Made by a program: the position numbers and the translations under genes. The notes under the pieces were generated by a model, which was not told the origin of the DNA, did no database searches, and was given only the letters and a program-made list of their open reading frames with translations. From an uncultured Halobacteriales archaeon (lineage in GTDB: Archaea > Halobacteriota > Halobacteria > Halobacteriales > Hikarchaeaceae): a stretch of 64,000 nucleotides of DNA. Where the stretch lies: positions 267,702 through 331,701 of the forward strand of contig CAZQZO010000001.1 in the NCBI GenBank assembly GCA_964597855.1, read 5' to 3'. Positions 48,996 through 58,707 of the stretch are shown here, in pieces (position 1 is the stretch's first letter; every line of letters begins with the position of its first letter).

Positions 48996-49820
48996 ATGCA
49001 GACAAAGCTGATTGAAAAAAAGATTAATTCAATTCAAGCAGCACTAATTCCAAAAACCCGTGTTTTGGTTTCCTTTTCTGGTGGTGTGGATTCTAGCGTA
49101 GTCGCTGCAATTGCCCACGAGGCATTGGGAAAAAACGCAATAGCATGCACCGCAAAAAGCGAAACTCTACCCGAATCCGAACTTTTAGATTCTATTAACA
49201 TCGCCGAAGAAATTGGAATCCAACATGAGATAGTCAATTTTTCAGAACTTGATAATCCCGATTTTGTCGCAAATGATAGCTTCAGATGTTATCATTGTCA
49301 ACACATGCGATTTGAAAAAATGTATGAATTTGCTAGGAAAATGGACATAACCACAGTGTGCGATGGAACCAATGCTTCAGATCTAAATGCAACGCATAGA
49401 CCCGGACTTCGTGCAATAAAAGAACTCCAAGTTTTCTCCCCACTTCTTGAATTCAATGTGACAAAAGAAGGCGTTCGTGATATAGCTCGTTTTTATAATT
49501 TATCTGTGGCAGAAAAACCAGCAATGGCATGTCTATCTTCCCGAATCCCAACCGGAATTTCAGTTACTTCCGAACGATTAGCACGTATAGAACAAGCAGA
49601 ATCAATTATATTCAATCTAGGGTTTTCACAAGTTCGCGTGAGAGATCACGACGGAGTCGCCCGAATTGAAGTTGGGCAACACGAACTGGGCCGTCTAAAC
49701 GATCCAATTTTAACAAAAAAAGCTGAAGATTCTCTACTAACTATCGGGTTCGATCAGGTCATCATCGATCCATCTGGATATAGGACCGGAGGGGCAAACT
49801 TACCCTCAACAAAAAAATAA
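48996..49820 (+). CDS. PP-loop ATP pyrophosphatase, LarE/TIGR00268-like sulfur transferase
   Basis: PP-loop SFSGGVDSS and a conserved ACLSSRIP Cys context as in LarE. No larB/larC is present in the window. Confidence 0.7.
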   Translation: MQTKLIEKKINSIQAALIPKTRVLVSFSGGVDSSVVAAIAHEALGKNAIACTAKSETLPESELLDSINIAEEIGIQHEIVNFSELDNPDFVANDSFRCYHCQHMRFEKMYEFARKMDITTVCDGTNASDLNATHRPGLRAIKELQVFSPLLEFNVTKEGVRDIARFYNLSVAEKPAMACLSSRIPTGISVTSERLARIEQAESIIFNLGFSQVRVRDHDGVARIEVGQHELGRLNDPILTKKAEDSLLTIGFDQVIIDPSGYRTGGANLPSTKK

Positions 49821-49876
49821 TACCCATCAACGTTCAGTAGAAACCTTTTTTTTCAACCGTATAGTTTCTAAGGTGC

Positions 49877-49951
49877 AGCGCGATAGGATAGCCAGGATAT
49901 TCCGCCGGGCTCATAACCCGGAGATCGGTGATTCAAATTCACCTCGCGCTA
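49877..49951 (+). tRNA. tRNA-Met (anticodon CAU), initiator-like
   Basis: AGCGCGATAGGATAGCCAGGATATTCCGCCGGGCTCATAACCCGGAGATCGGTGATTCAAATTCACCTCGCGCTA has an A1:U72 pair and three G:C pairs closing the anticodon stem (GGG/CCC). Both are archaeal initiator hallmarks. Confidence 0.88.
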
Positions 49952-49963
49952 TGCGCATTTGAT

Positions 49964-50902
49964 CTATTCTTTTCCAGCCCATTTTGCTATTAAAAGCGTT
50001 CCTTCAAACAACCCCACCATTGTAAGAGTTACAATCAAAGGGGCCATCCCCGTTGGATCTGGGCTGAAAATAAAAGAAAGTCCCAAGAACCCTCCCCAAA
50101 ATAAAATTCTTCTTTTTACTAGCCATTTCCTAGTCACAATTCTCATCAACAAAGCAAGCATCACAAAAATGGGTATTTGGAATACAATCGCTAGGTATCC
50201 CATTAATACCAATATGAGATTAAACGTCTGCCCTAACCCAAACCCAATTGTTGCTATACTTTCAGAATAGTATAAAAAATATGTAAAAATGACGGGCAAG
50301 ATGATGAAATATGCAAAACTAACACCAACTAGTGCAAGCACCAAACTCGTTGGTATGGCGGCCAAATAATACCGGCGCTCATGCTCGTAGAGCCCGGGGC
50401 GCATGAATACATACGTTTGCCATACTCCAATGGGCAATGCAATTATTAGCCCAACTAAGCTGGCCACTTTAAATTCTGTGAATTTAAGTTCCAATATCCC
50501 GTACAACCTAGGTCTCGTAACATCACTTACCGGAAGTATTGAGTCCCATAAAAAGTTAATTGCCACATCTGCAAAAGGAAATGTAATGACACTGACCAAT
50601 CCTGCAACTCCTACTACTACTGCCAATCTTTTTATTAATTCTCCTATGTGATCTACTATCGGCAACTCCCTGTCATCTTTCGGTCCTTTTTTGCCACCGA
50701 TGAAATCTCCCCCTTCACTATCTTTTTGCAATAGTTCCTGAACCGTTTCTTTAATTTTCCCCGCGAGGTTTTCACCAATTCCTGAAACTGAAGCAAGCTC
50801 ACTCTTTTCTGCAGCTTGAAGAGCCTCAATAGTACTAAAACCAGCCTCATCAAGTGCTTGGGCTTTAATTTTCCCAACACCTGGTATATCTATCAATTTC
50901 AT
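49964..50902 (-). CDS. tatC: Twin-arginine translocase subunit TatC with an N-terminal (HhH)2 domain
   Basis: The C-terminal ~240 aa is a 6-TM TatC (FSPDPTGM signature). Residues 1-55 carry two helix-hairpin-helix motifs (LIDIPGVGKIKAQAL, LASVSGIGENLAGKI) resembling the RadA/Rad51 N-terminal domain. Confidence 0.85.
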   Translation of the reverse strand: MKLIDIPGVGKIKAQALDEAGFSTIEALQAAEKSELASVSGIGENLAGKIKETVQELLQKDSEGGDFIGGKKGPKDDRELPIVDHIGELIKRLAVVVGVAGLVSVITFPFADVAINFLWDSILPVSDVTRPRLYGILELKFTEFKVASLVGLIIALPIGVWQTYVFMRPGLYEHERRYYLAAIPTSLVLALVGVSFAYFIILPVIFTYFLYYSESIATIGFGLGQTFNLILVLMGYLAIVFQIPIFVMLALLMRIVTRKWLVKRRILFWGGFLGLSFIFSPDPTGMAPLIVTLTMVGLFEGTLLIAKWAGKE

Positions 50903-51018
50903 TTCATTAAAGGAACCTTTCCATCCACATGACCCTTAAGCGAGGTAACTGGTATAGATCTTTTTGTAGAGATGCATACCGATAAGGTTCTCCTCAAGAA
51001 AGAAAATATCACAATAAG

Positions 51019-53196
51019 ATGAGTGTCAGTGACTTCTTAAATCCTGATGCACGCAAAACATTCGATAAAGGCAGAAAAACAGCATCAGACATGCTGACAG
51101 CTGCAAGATCGAAACTACGCCATGTGTTTATCGTTTTCGTTGTTTTCCTATTGGCTACTATCTATGCCATGCGTTTATGGATCTGGCCCAGTTTAAAACA
51201 AGATTTACTCTCCCGTGGTGCAGATGTTATTGTACTAACACCTTTTGATGTTATTTTGCTGCAAGCTAAAATTGGTATCCTTGTCGGTATCCTCTTCTGT
51301 ATACCCTTTTTCTTGTACTACTCCAGGGACGCACTCAAAGAGCGCGGGATCTATCCTAAAACGGACATACCTATCTGGAAATTAGTTGGGATGGGGTTAC
51401 TTTCTACATTCCTCTTTTTTGGAGGCATTGCATATTCTTATAGAATTTTTTTCCCATTAATGTTTGATTTTTTGGCTTATAATGCAGTCAGTGCAGGCCT
51501 CTCTCCAACATATTCCATTGTAGAATGGACACAATTTATTTTCGTTCTTGGTTTCGCGTTTGGTCTCGCAGCACAGCTACCCCTGGTTATGACAACATTA
51601 TCCTACACCGAACTTATTCCATATGAAACGTTCAGAGATAAGTGGAAATACGCAGTTTTAGGAATGTTTGCATTCGGAGCTATATTTTCGCCACCCGATC
51701 CATTTACTCAAATTTTATGGGCCGCACCTCTAGTTGTTTTATATGGATTTAGTTTGTACTTATCCAAAATAGCCGTCTCGTTTCGCAGAGGAAAAGACAG
51801 TATTGATATAACCAAAACCGCACGTAAAAAATCTACAATCATTATAGCCACCATAGCGATAATTAGTGCTGTTAGTTACTGGTTATCTACCATTGGGGTA
51901 ACTCAAATTCTCACTTTGGTAGGCTCACTCCAAAATTATGTTACTAGCACACCTTCCAACCTTCTCAATCAATCTTGGCAAGTAACGATAGTCCCCCCTT
52001 TTATATTCGCGCTATTAATCGGGCTTGTCTCTGGACTCTTGGTACTACTATATCACTCTATACCTGAATTAGAGCCTAGAGTTACCTTCGGTGACCCTAC
52101 TGCAATAGATCTAGAATCTCTCGATGTTGAAGGTCTCCAAATGGCCCCTCCTGAAGCTCTCCTTCAGTTAACAGAAGAAAAAGGACTCGCTATGGCATCC
52201 CGCGCAATCGAAGCAGGGGATGCGGAAAGGGCCCAAGCCATCTTACGAGCAGTCGACTCTGCCAATCAAATGCGTGCTGTAGATATGTTATACCATTTTG
52301 ATGAAGAAGAATGGAACCGAATGCAAAAAGAAAGATTAGAACAAAAAAGAAAAAGAAAGTTCGAAGGATCTTTCAAACGAGCAACAGCTGGGATTGTAAG
52401 TTCGGTCTCAGAAAAAGAAGTTGGGGAAGAAGACATAGGTGGATATGCCTACGACATCGCATTCTTATTTGACACCTTACGATCTAAAACTTTCAGAATT
52501 TTTGGAGTATTCATAACAGTCTTGGTAAGTGTTTTTACATTCCTCTATACGGGGGGAATCGGACAATTGAAAAACGATTTTCTTCGACGTCTCCCCGATA
52601 TAGTCCGCCCCGAAGAAGTTAGTATAATAACTCTCCACCCAGTAGAAGCACTCATTTTTGAAATTAAAATTGCGACCCTATTGGGCATTGTTGCAACATT
52701 ACCTTGCATCCTCTATTATCTGTGGCCCGCCCTCAAGAAACGCGGTATAATCAAAGGCGATCGAAACGTAGCATTCAGTTGGGCCGGGGCCATATCCCTT
52801 GGGCTTCTTTTTGGCAGTGCATTGGGATATCTTTATGTTGCCCCTGCTTTCGTTTCATATTTTGTATATGATGGAATCCGAGCAAATATGCTTGTAACTT
52901 ACCGGGTATCTAATTTCTTTTGGCTCATTTTCTTTTGCACCATCGGAATTGGACTTTGGATAGATATTATTGTAACAATGATAATGTTTCACAGAGCAAG
53001 AATAGTTTCTTACACCACCATGTACAAAAACTGGCGTGCAGTGACCGTTGGAACTCTAGTCCTTTCTGCCGTATTCACTCCCCCTAGTGTCATAACAATG
53101 GTTCTAGTCACATTTCCTATTATGATTGCATATGGCATTGGGCTATCTATCTTATCCATCTATGCTAAAATAAAACCGTTTGATATTCCCTCCTAA
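51019..53196 (+). CDS. tatC: Duplicated (tandem-fused) TatC, haloarchaeal TatCt-like
   Basis: 725 aa. The first TatC half has FSPPDPFTQ and the second half has FTPPSVITM. A ~200-aa linker separates them and contains extra TM segments and a charged cytoplasmic stretch. Confidence 0.85.
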   Translation: MSVSDFLNPDARKTFDKGRKTASDMLTAARSKLRHVFIVFVVFLLATIYAMRLWIWPSLKQDLLSRGADVIVLTPFDVILLQAKIGILVGILFCIPFFLYYSRDALKERGIYPKTDIPIWKLVGMGLLSTFLFFGGIAYSYRIFFPLMFDFLAYNAVSAGLSPTYSIVEWTQFIFVLGFAFGLAAQLPLVMTTLSYTELIPYETFRDKWKYAVLGMFAFGAIFSPPDPFTQILWAAPLVVLYGFSLYLSKIAVSFRRGKDSIDITKTARKKSTIIIATIAIISAVSYWLSTIGVTQILTLVGSLQNYVTSTPSNLLNQSWQVTIVPPFIFALLIGLVSGLLVLLYHSIPELEPRVTFGDPTAIDLESLDVEGLQMAPPEALLQLTEEKGLAMASRAIEAGDAERAQAILRAVDSANQMRAVDMLYHFDEEEWNRMQKERLEQKRKRKFEGSFKRATAGIVSSVSEKEVGEEDIGGYAYDIAFLFDTLRSKTFRIFGVFITVLVSVFTFLYTGGIGQLKNDFLRRLPDIVRPEEVSIITLHPVEALIFEIKIATLLGIVATLPCILYYLWPALKKRGIIKGDRNVAFSWAGAISLGLLFGSALGYLYVAPAFVSYFVYDGIRANMLVTYRVSNFFWLIFFCTIGIGLWIDIIVTMIMFHRARIVSYTTMYKNWRAVTVGTLVLSAVFTPPSVITMVLVTFPIMIAYGIGLSILSIYAKIKPFDIPS

Positions 53197-53244
53197 TGTT
53201 TCATACCCTTTTATTTTAATACTCAAACCACTCTAACAACTACT

Positions 53245-53958
53245 ATGTCCACTCAAAATTCAACTACGCTCTCTTCAAAAATTCTCAACGAAGAAACCAT
53301 CCGAATAGGGTTGATAGCTCTATTTATAACTGGTCTTTTAACAGCACAGCTTACAGCAGTAAAAATCCTAGAATTATCCGCCCTAAATCTCGGAATATCA
53401 GTCATGGTCCCTGCGGGAGTACTAGCTTATGCAATCACCTTTTTCGCATCTGATTGTTACGCCGAATTATATGGAAAACAAGCAGCAAGAACAGTAGTTT
53501 CTATAGCATTTGCAATGAATATTGTAATGCTTGTTCTTATTTGGATATCTATCAATGCCCCCGGGTCTGAAGCAGGGGTTTCTCCTGAACTATTTGCCAC
53601 TGTATTGGGGCCCTCTGCAAATGTAGTCATAGCCAGTTTAACTGCCTATCTGATTAGCCAAAATCTGGATATTTTGATATTTGATACCATCCGCGAGAAG
53701 ACCAATGGTAGCAAACTTTGGTTGAGAAATATAGGCTCCACCACAATTAGCCAACTTGTAGATACTATTCTATTTATCACTTTGACATTTTCAATTCTCC
53801 CCTCTATTGTTGGAATCGGAATTGGGCTGCCACTATCTGTTATCGTACAACTCATATTGGGCCAATACCTCGTCAAACTATTAATCGCCCTCGCAGATAC
53901 TCCTTTGATTTATGCTTTCTTTTCCTACTTAAAAAAAGAAAATTTGATGCCTAGTTAA
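53245..53958 (+). CDS. VUT-family queuosine-precursor transporter (YhhQ/DUF165)
   Basis: A polytopic membrane protein with the FASDCYAELYGKQAAR motif typical of YhhQ-like proteins. Confidence 0.7.
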   Translation: MSTQNSTTLSSKILNEETIRIGLIALFITGLLTAQLTAVKILELSALNLGISVMVPAGVLAYAITFFASDCYAELYGKQAARTVVSIAFAMNIVMLVLIWISINAPGSEAGVSPELFATVLGPSANVVIASLTAYLISQNLDILIFDTIREKTNGSKLWLRNIGSTTISQLVDTILFITLTFSILPSIVGIGIGLPLSVIVQLILGQYLVKLLIALADTPLIYAFFSYLKKENLMPS

Positions 53959-54773
53959 TCCTTTTTCTTCACTTCACTCACACAACTTGCAAATCCAAAT
54001 TTTAGTCTCACTTCCTCTATTTTTATCTTCCAAAATTCTCCTATTTTAGATCCCGGAACAAAGACATTATATCCCTCTATATTTGCCATTCCATCTCCCC
54101 TTTTCCCCACCCCTACTATCTCGACCACTATCTCTTCTCCAACTTTGATTGGGGCCGTCAATTTTCCTTTACAAATTATATACACTTCTGCAGATTCTTT
54201 CCGGGACGCACGTGGGTTGAAAACTTTAACAGTTTCAAACTCTTGATTAAGATCTCGCAGAAATTTCTCAATGTCTGTTCCATAGAATGCCTTAACAACA
54301 AAATTTCCTCCATGACAAAGAATTTCCAAAGCACACCCAAGGGCCTCTCGCCCTAGATAAATAGATCTAGCTTGATCCAACGAATATTCTCCTGTTATAT
54401 TCGGTGCTAAATCAGATAACACAACATCTATCGGGCCACCATTTCCCAATTTTTTATCGCCTTTTTTCTTCTTTTTTCCTTCAACAATTGATTTAATTTT
54501 TTCCCTTGTTTTTTCTTTCGTAATGTCTCCTCTTATTGTGATTACTTCTTCTAATGGTTCTATTTTTTGTAGATCAACACCAATCACTATCCCCGATTTA
54601 GATAATTCTCTCGCAACTTGTAACCATCCACCTGGGGCTGCACCCATATCCACAACAGAATCATTTCTTTTGATAATCTTGTGCACCTCATTTATCTGTT
54701 TAAGCTTATACGACGCCCGCGACCGATACCCCTCGACCTTTGCCTTGTTGTAGTAGAAATCTTTTCGGGGCAT
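53955..54773 (-). CDS. rlmE: 23S rRNA U2552 2'-O-methyltransferase RlmE/FtsJ fused to a C-terminal TRAM domain
   Basis: YRSRASYKL, the SAM motif VVDMGAAPGGW and DVVLSDLAP. The C-terminal ~60 aa (GKRGDGMANIEGYNVFVPGSKIGEFWKIKIEEV) is a TRAM-like barrel. Confidence 0.88.
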   Translation of the reverse strand: MPRKDFYYNKAKVEGYRSRASYKLKQINEVHKIIKRNDSVVDMGAAPGGWLQVARELSKSGIVIGVDLQKIEPLEEVITIRGDITKEKTREKIKSIVEGKKKKKGDKKLGNGGPIDVVLSDLAPNITGEYSLDQARSIYLGREALGCALEILCHGGNFVVKAFYGTDIEKFLRDLNQEFETVKVFNPRASRKESAEVYIICKGKLTAPIKVGEEIVVEIVGVGKRGDGMANIEGYNVFVPGSKIGEFWKIKIEEVRLKFGFASCVSEVKKKD

Positions 54774-54921
54774 TATACCTTAACTATACAACTCATGTTG
54801 ATACAATCTTCGCTCAATAACCATCATATAGTGATCTATAAAAACTATCTAAAATCACCTTATAATCTCTCCCAGCGGAACAGATGTCTTTTTATCCCGC
54901 CTATTCGTACCGAGTTCAATA

Positions 54922-55665
54922 ATGTTCAGCGCTACTATCGAAGCAAAAATTCTACAAGAAGCAATCAGCTCTGCAAAAGTACTGGTGGATGAATGTAAAC
55001 TACGTCTCGACAGTGATAGTTTTCGAATTAGGGCTGTCGATCCAGCGAATGTAGGTATGGTCGATCTTGAACTTTCTACATCAGCATTCGTATCATATGA
55101 GTCCGATGGGGTAGTATTGGGAATAAATTTATCCCGACTATCTGATATCACAAACATAGCCCGATCTGACGAAACTATTGATCTAGAATTCGATGAAGAG
55201 GTCCAAAAACTGACTATTCGGGCAGGTGGATTGCAATATACACTATCTTTAATTGATCCCGCATCTATCCGAAAAGAACCCGAGATACCTGATCTAGATC
55301 TCCCCGCAAAAGTTGTGATAGAAGGCAGGAGCTTAGACCAAGGAATCAAAGCTGCAGACATGGTTTCTGACCACATAGCCCTAGGCGTAGATCCCGAATC
55401 TCAAACCTTCTATATACGCGCAAAAGGGGACACAGACAATGTCCAATTAGAACTAAAACAAGACGAAGTGATCAGTCTCCAATCCTCGTTGGCACATTCT
55501 TTATTTTCCCTAGATTATTTCAAGGACATGAATAAAGCAATACCCAAATCCACTCCTGTGACGCTATCTATGGGGGAAGAGTATCCCATCCAAATTAATT
55601 TTCCAATCGCAGATGGAAATGGCCAAGTAACTTATTTACTTGCCCCTAGAATCCAAAGCGACTAG
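54922..55665 (+). CDS. pcn: DNA polymerase sliding clamp PCNA
   Basis: 247 aa. It shows the two-domain PCNA pattern (AKILQEAISSAKVLVDECKLRLDSDSFRIRAVDPANVGMVDLEL...YLLAPRI). Confidence 0.92.
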   Translation: MFSATIEAKILQEAISSAKVLVDECKLRLDSDSFRIRAVDPANVGMVDLELSTSAFVSYESDGVVLGINLSRLSDITNIARSDETIDLEFDEEVQKLTIRAGGLQYTLSLIDPASIRKEPEIPDLDLPAKVVIEGRSLDQGIKAADMVSDHIALGVDPESQTFYIRAKGDTDNVQLELKQDEVISLQSSLAHSLFSLDYFKDMNKAIPKSTPVTLSMGEEYPIQINFPIADGNGQVTYLLAPRIQSD

Positions 55666-55673
55666 ATTTTTTA

Positions 55674-56981
55674 TTACCCATTCGCCTTTCCCACCTGTCT
55701 GTATGGTAATCTAGCGAGGAGTATGACTAATGGGATAAATGCGATTGCCCCCACAACAAATGGAGACCAAATAGCTATCGTGTATAATATAGCCATGAAC
55801 GGCGGACCCATTGTTCTTCCAAGACTTCCTGCACTTTGAAAAATCCCAAATGATACTCCTTGTGTATCTTCCCTAGCAGCTAGTGAAATCAACGTCGACA
55901 ACGACACGCTAAAACAGGCATTTGAAACAGCAAGTATTCCCAAAACCACGAGAAGACTAACCACCCCTGGGTCTATCACATTTCCATTTAATATTATTGG
56001 ACAAAAAGGCATCAGAATCATCGAAGCCATCAACCCAACAGACGAGCCAATAGCAACATTCCTTGGGGAATATTTCTCAATGAGCCTCGGACCAAACATC
56101 CCGTGAGAAACTGCACTAATCACTCCAATATATGTGAGAATCATTCCTGCAGTAGCGGCCCCATACCCATATACATCGGCGATAAAAGGTATGAACATCA
56201 CCGTAATCCCTGAAAACGCGATAGCACCAACCAATGAGACAATGACCACCCCTCTAATCGAATAGTTCTTCAGGGGCTCTAGTAGCTCTGCAAAGTTACT
56301 CTCCCGCCTTTCTACTCCCTCAGATAGATTCGATTCTGGAAGATAAAAAATACATAGGACCATCCCCAAAAAACTCAACAAACCAGCACCAAAACTCGGC
56401 AACGAATAGATAGTTATTGGAATTATTGCTGGAAGTATGGAATCGACAATTCCAATTATATATTCTGTAGCTAAGACTCCTCCAATAGCTGGTCCTATTA
56501 TGAACCCCACTGCGAATGCGGCACCAATATATCCTAGATACCGTGGTCTCTCTTCCTCCGTAGTAACATCTGCGATATACGCATTCGCCGTAGAAATATT
56601 CCCCCCCATCGCCCCTGCAAACATACGGGCTAAAAACAATAATACTAGCCCTCCCATTATACTATATGATCCAATCTCTTCTGCAATTCCAAAGACAAAC
56701 CATGCCACAGAACTTCCCAATAAAGAAATCACCAAAATAGGACGTCTGCCCCATGTATCTGATAACTTACCTAAAAACGGAGATGACACAAATTGCATTA
56801 ACGAATACGACGCTGCCAACAACCCAATTGCAATATCACTAACGCCAAAACTCCTAACATAAAATGGTAAGACTGGTATTATTATTCCAAATCCAATTAG
56901 ATCTAATAGTATGACAAAAAATACTATTGACAACGCCCTCTTTGGATTGGAAATTCCCTTTCTCTTTTCTGGAAGTTTCAT
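55674..56981 (-). CDS. MFS transporter (drug:H+ antiporter-like)
   Basis: 12 TM helices. The motif GKLSDTWGRRP lies between TM2 and TM3. The start overlaps the upstream gene by 4 nt. Confidence 0.78.
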   Translation of the reverse strand: MKLPEKRKGISNPKRALSIVFFVILLDLIGFGIIIPVLPFYVRSFGVSDIAIGLLAASYSLMQFVSSPFLGKLSDTWGRRPILVISLLGSSVAWFVFGIAEEIGSYSIMGGLVLLFLARMFAGAMGGNISTANAYIADVTTEEERPRYLGYIGAAFAVGFIIGPAIGGVLATEYIIGIVDSILPAIIPITIYSLPSFGAGLLSFLGMVLCIFYLPESNLSEGVERRESNFAELLEPLKNYSIRGVVIVSLVGAIAFSGITVMFIPFIADVYGYGAATAGMILTYIGVISAVSHGMFGPRLIEKYSPRNVAIGSSVGLMASMILMPFCPIILNGNVIDPGVVSLLVVLGILAVSNACFSVSLSTLISLAAREDTQGVSFGIFQSAGSLGRTMGPPFMAILYTIAIWSPFVVGAIAFIPLVILLARLPYRQVGKANG

Positions 56982-57565
56982 TCCATCCTCTCAATTACTC
57001 TCTTTGCAGCTTGTGCCTTTTCCATCCACCCATATCCCCCCTCGTATACGTGTTTTTTATTATATATTACGTCTTTGGGAACTGATTCTCCAAATCCACC
57101 TCTCTCCCAACTGCCACTCCGCACAAGCCATTCAGTAACTTTATCTTGTGTCTCCTCCCAGGAAAATCCAACCATTTTGTGCCATGCCAACATAGCAAAA
57201 AGAGCGTTATCGTGACACCCTGGGTAACTCCCTTTTTCATATATGGTTCTCATGGGTTCTGATACTGGTTCTGATATCCTTTCTGCCCTTTCCGCAGGAG
57301 TCAACAATCTAATTTTTCCCAATTCCCCTTGCTCAACACGTTGTTCTCTTGTTAAAATGAACATTATTGCAGAGTGGAGATTCTTCCATTCCGATTGAAT
57401 TTTTCCCGCCATTTCTCTCTGCGTACTCGGATCAACCAAAATCAAAGAAATAATATCAATATATGCTTTTTCGATCTCATCTCTGGGATATAATTCAAAT
57501 TTACATTCTGGAGCATGCATACTACTTCTAGTTCGGCACCCCGGGCAGGGATATGCGAAAAGCAT
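56978..57565 (-). CDS. Hypothetical protein: N-terminal Zn-binding motif plus C-terminal helical domain with PriCT-like pattern
   Basis: CPGCRTRSSMHAPEC at the N-terminus. The C-terminal GCHDNALFAMLAWHKMVGFSWEETQDKVTEWL resembles primase C-terminal (PriCT) motifs. It is divergent from priL. Confidence 0.5.
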   Translation of the reverse strand: MLFAYPCPGCRTRSSMHAPECKFELYPRDEIEKAYIDIISLILVDPSTQREMAGKIQSEWKNLHSAIMFILTREQRVEQGELGKIRLLTPAERAERISEPVSEPMRTIYEKGSYPGCHDNALFAMLAWHKMVGFSWEETQDKVTEWLVRSGSWERGGFGESVPKDVIYNKKHVYEGGYGWMEKAQAAKRVIERME

Positions 57566-57688
57566 AGTACACTATTATACCTTTACCTAGGGTTTAGGTA
57601 CATCGATACACAGAGACTCTAAAAAACATAGGAATCTCCAAACGTCACCGGATAAGTTTATCCTGGATGCAGTTCGAGAGCCTAGTGA

Positions 57689-58699
57689 ATGGAAATTCTA
57701 CATGCAAAATATCCGTTTTTATCCTCTGCAAAAGAGAGCGTAGCGGATTCTGGGTTCGATTTAATTTCTACCATACAAACCAACCAACCAATTGTAAATC
57801 GAGCCCTGGAACGAATTTTGTGTGCAATAGAAGAAGGATCAATAGGCCCAGAACATAGAAATACAACAGTAGAACTTTTGTCATATCCACTCGCGCGAAT
57901 TCTAGTTTCTCTAGTAAACGAACCTGGTCTAACACACCGATATTCTTGGGCAGAATCACAAACTGCTATGTCCCACTTCCAAAACGATCTAGAAGATCAT
58001 ACTGAACTGAAAAGTATCAGCCCCGCCCGTCTATCTCTAAAAACACTCCTAGACGAATTACAAGTCACAAAAAATATAGTCCAGCACGGTGATACTTTTT
58101 CGATTTCAGTTGAAACCTATCTCTCCTTTATTTCTTATCTACCCGGCGCTAGCTGGAAGTTGGTATTTCAAGCACTTTCTCAAGGAAAGATCAATGTCGA
58201 AGAATCTGAATTATATAAACTCTTGGGAGTTGGAATTTTTCGGCAAATAAAAAGTGATCTTCCTCTCAAAGTTCCCAAAGAAGCAGAAAAACTATTGCAA
58301 ACACAATTAAAATCCATCCATAGTTATATCGACGAAATTGATCTCGAACCGGAATTGGGTCCTGTTTCTATCGATTTTTTCCCGCCTTGCATGGTGCATC
58401 TCTTACAACGGATAGAATCCAACGAAAGACTCAATCCACCATCGCTGTTCTCACTGACCTCTTTTCTCATTTCTACCCAAACAAACCCCCAAGACACTCT
58501 TGATTATTTAACAAACAATTCTTTCCATCCTTCTCTGATTCAATCTACCATGGATTATCTCCAAAATAAAGATGGGACACCCCTATATCCCCCGCCGTCA
58601 TGCTCAACAATGCAAGCCTATGGTGATTGTGTTAATATGGATGAAATTTGCCAAACAATATCTCATCCACTTCAATACCCCTCTAAAAAACACTCTTAG
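57689..58699 (+). CDS. priL: DNA primase large subunit PriL
   Basis: N-terminal YPFLSSAKE, a central FPPCM motif and C-terminal Fe-S Cys ligands (PPSCSTMQAYGDCVNMDEIC). Confidence 0.88.
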   Translation: MEILHAKYPFLSSAKESVADSGFDLISTIQTNQPIVNRALERILCAIEEGSIGPEHRNTTVELLSYPLARILVSLVNEPGLTHRYSWAESQTAMSHFQNDLEDHTELKSISPARLSLKTLLDELQVTKNIVQHGDTFSISVETYLSFISYLPGASWKLVFQALSQGKINVEESELYKLLGVGIFRQIKSDLPLKVPKEAEKLLQTQLKSIHSYIDEIDLEPELGPVSIDFFPPCMVHLLQRIESNERLNPPSLFSLTSFLISTQTNPQDTLDYLTNNSFHPSLIQSTMDYLQNKDGTPLYPPPSCSTMQAYGDCVNMDEICQTISHPLQYPSKKHS

Positions 58700-58707
58700 A
58701 AATCTAA

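Noticed and set aside
57648-57666. Palindrome CCGGATAAGTTTATCCTGG upstream of priL
   Set aside because: The 6-bp arms GGATAA/TTATCC are separated by only 2 nt, too tight for a hairpin. The element coincides with a TATA-like GTTTAT about 30 nt before the ATG. It is most simply the core promoter of a leaderless priL transcript, not a separate regulatory element.
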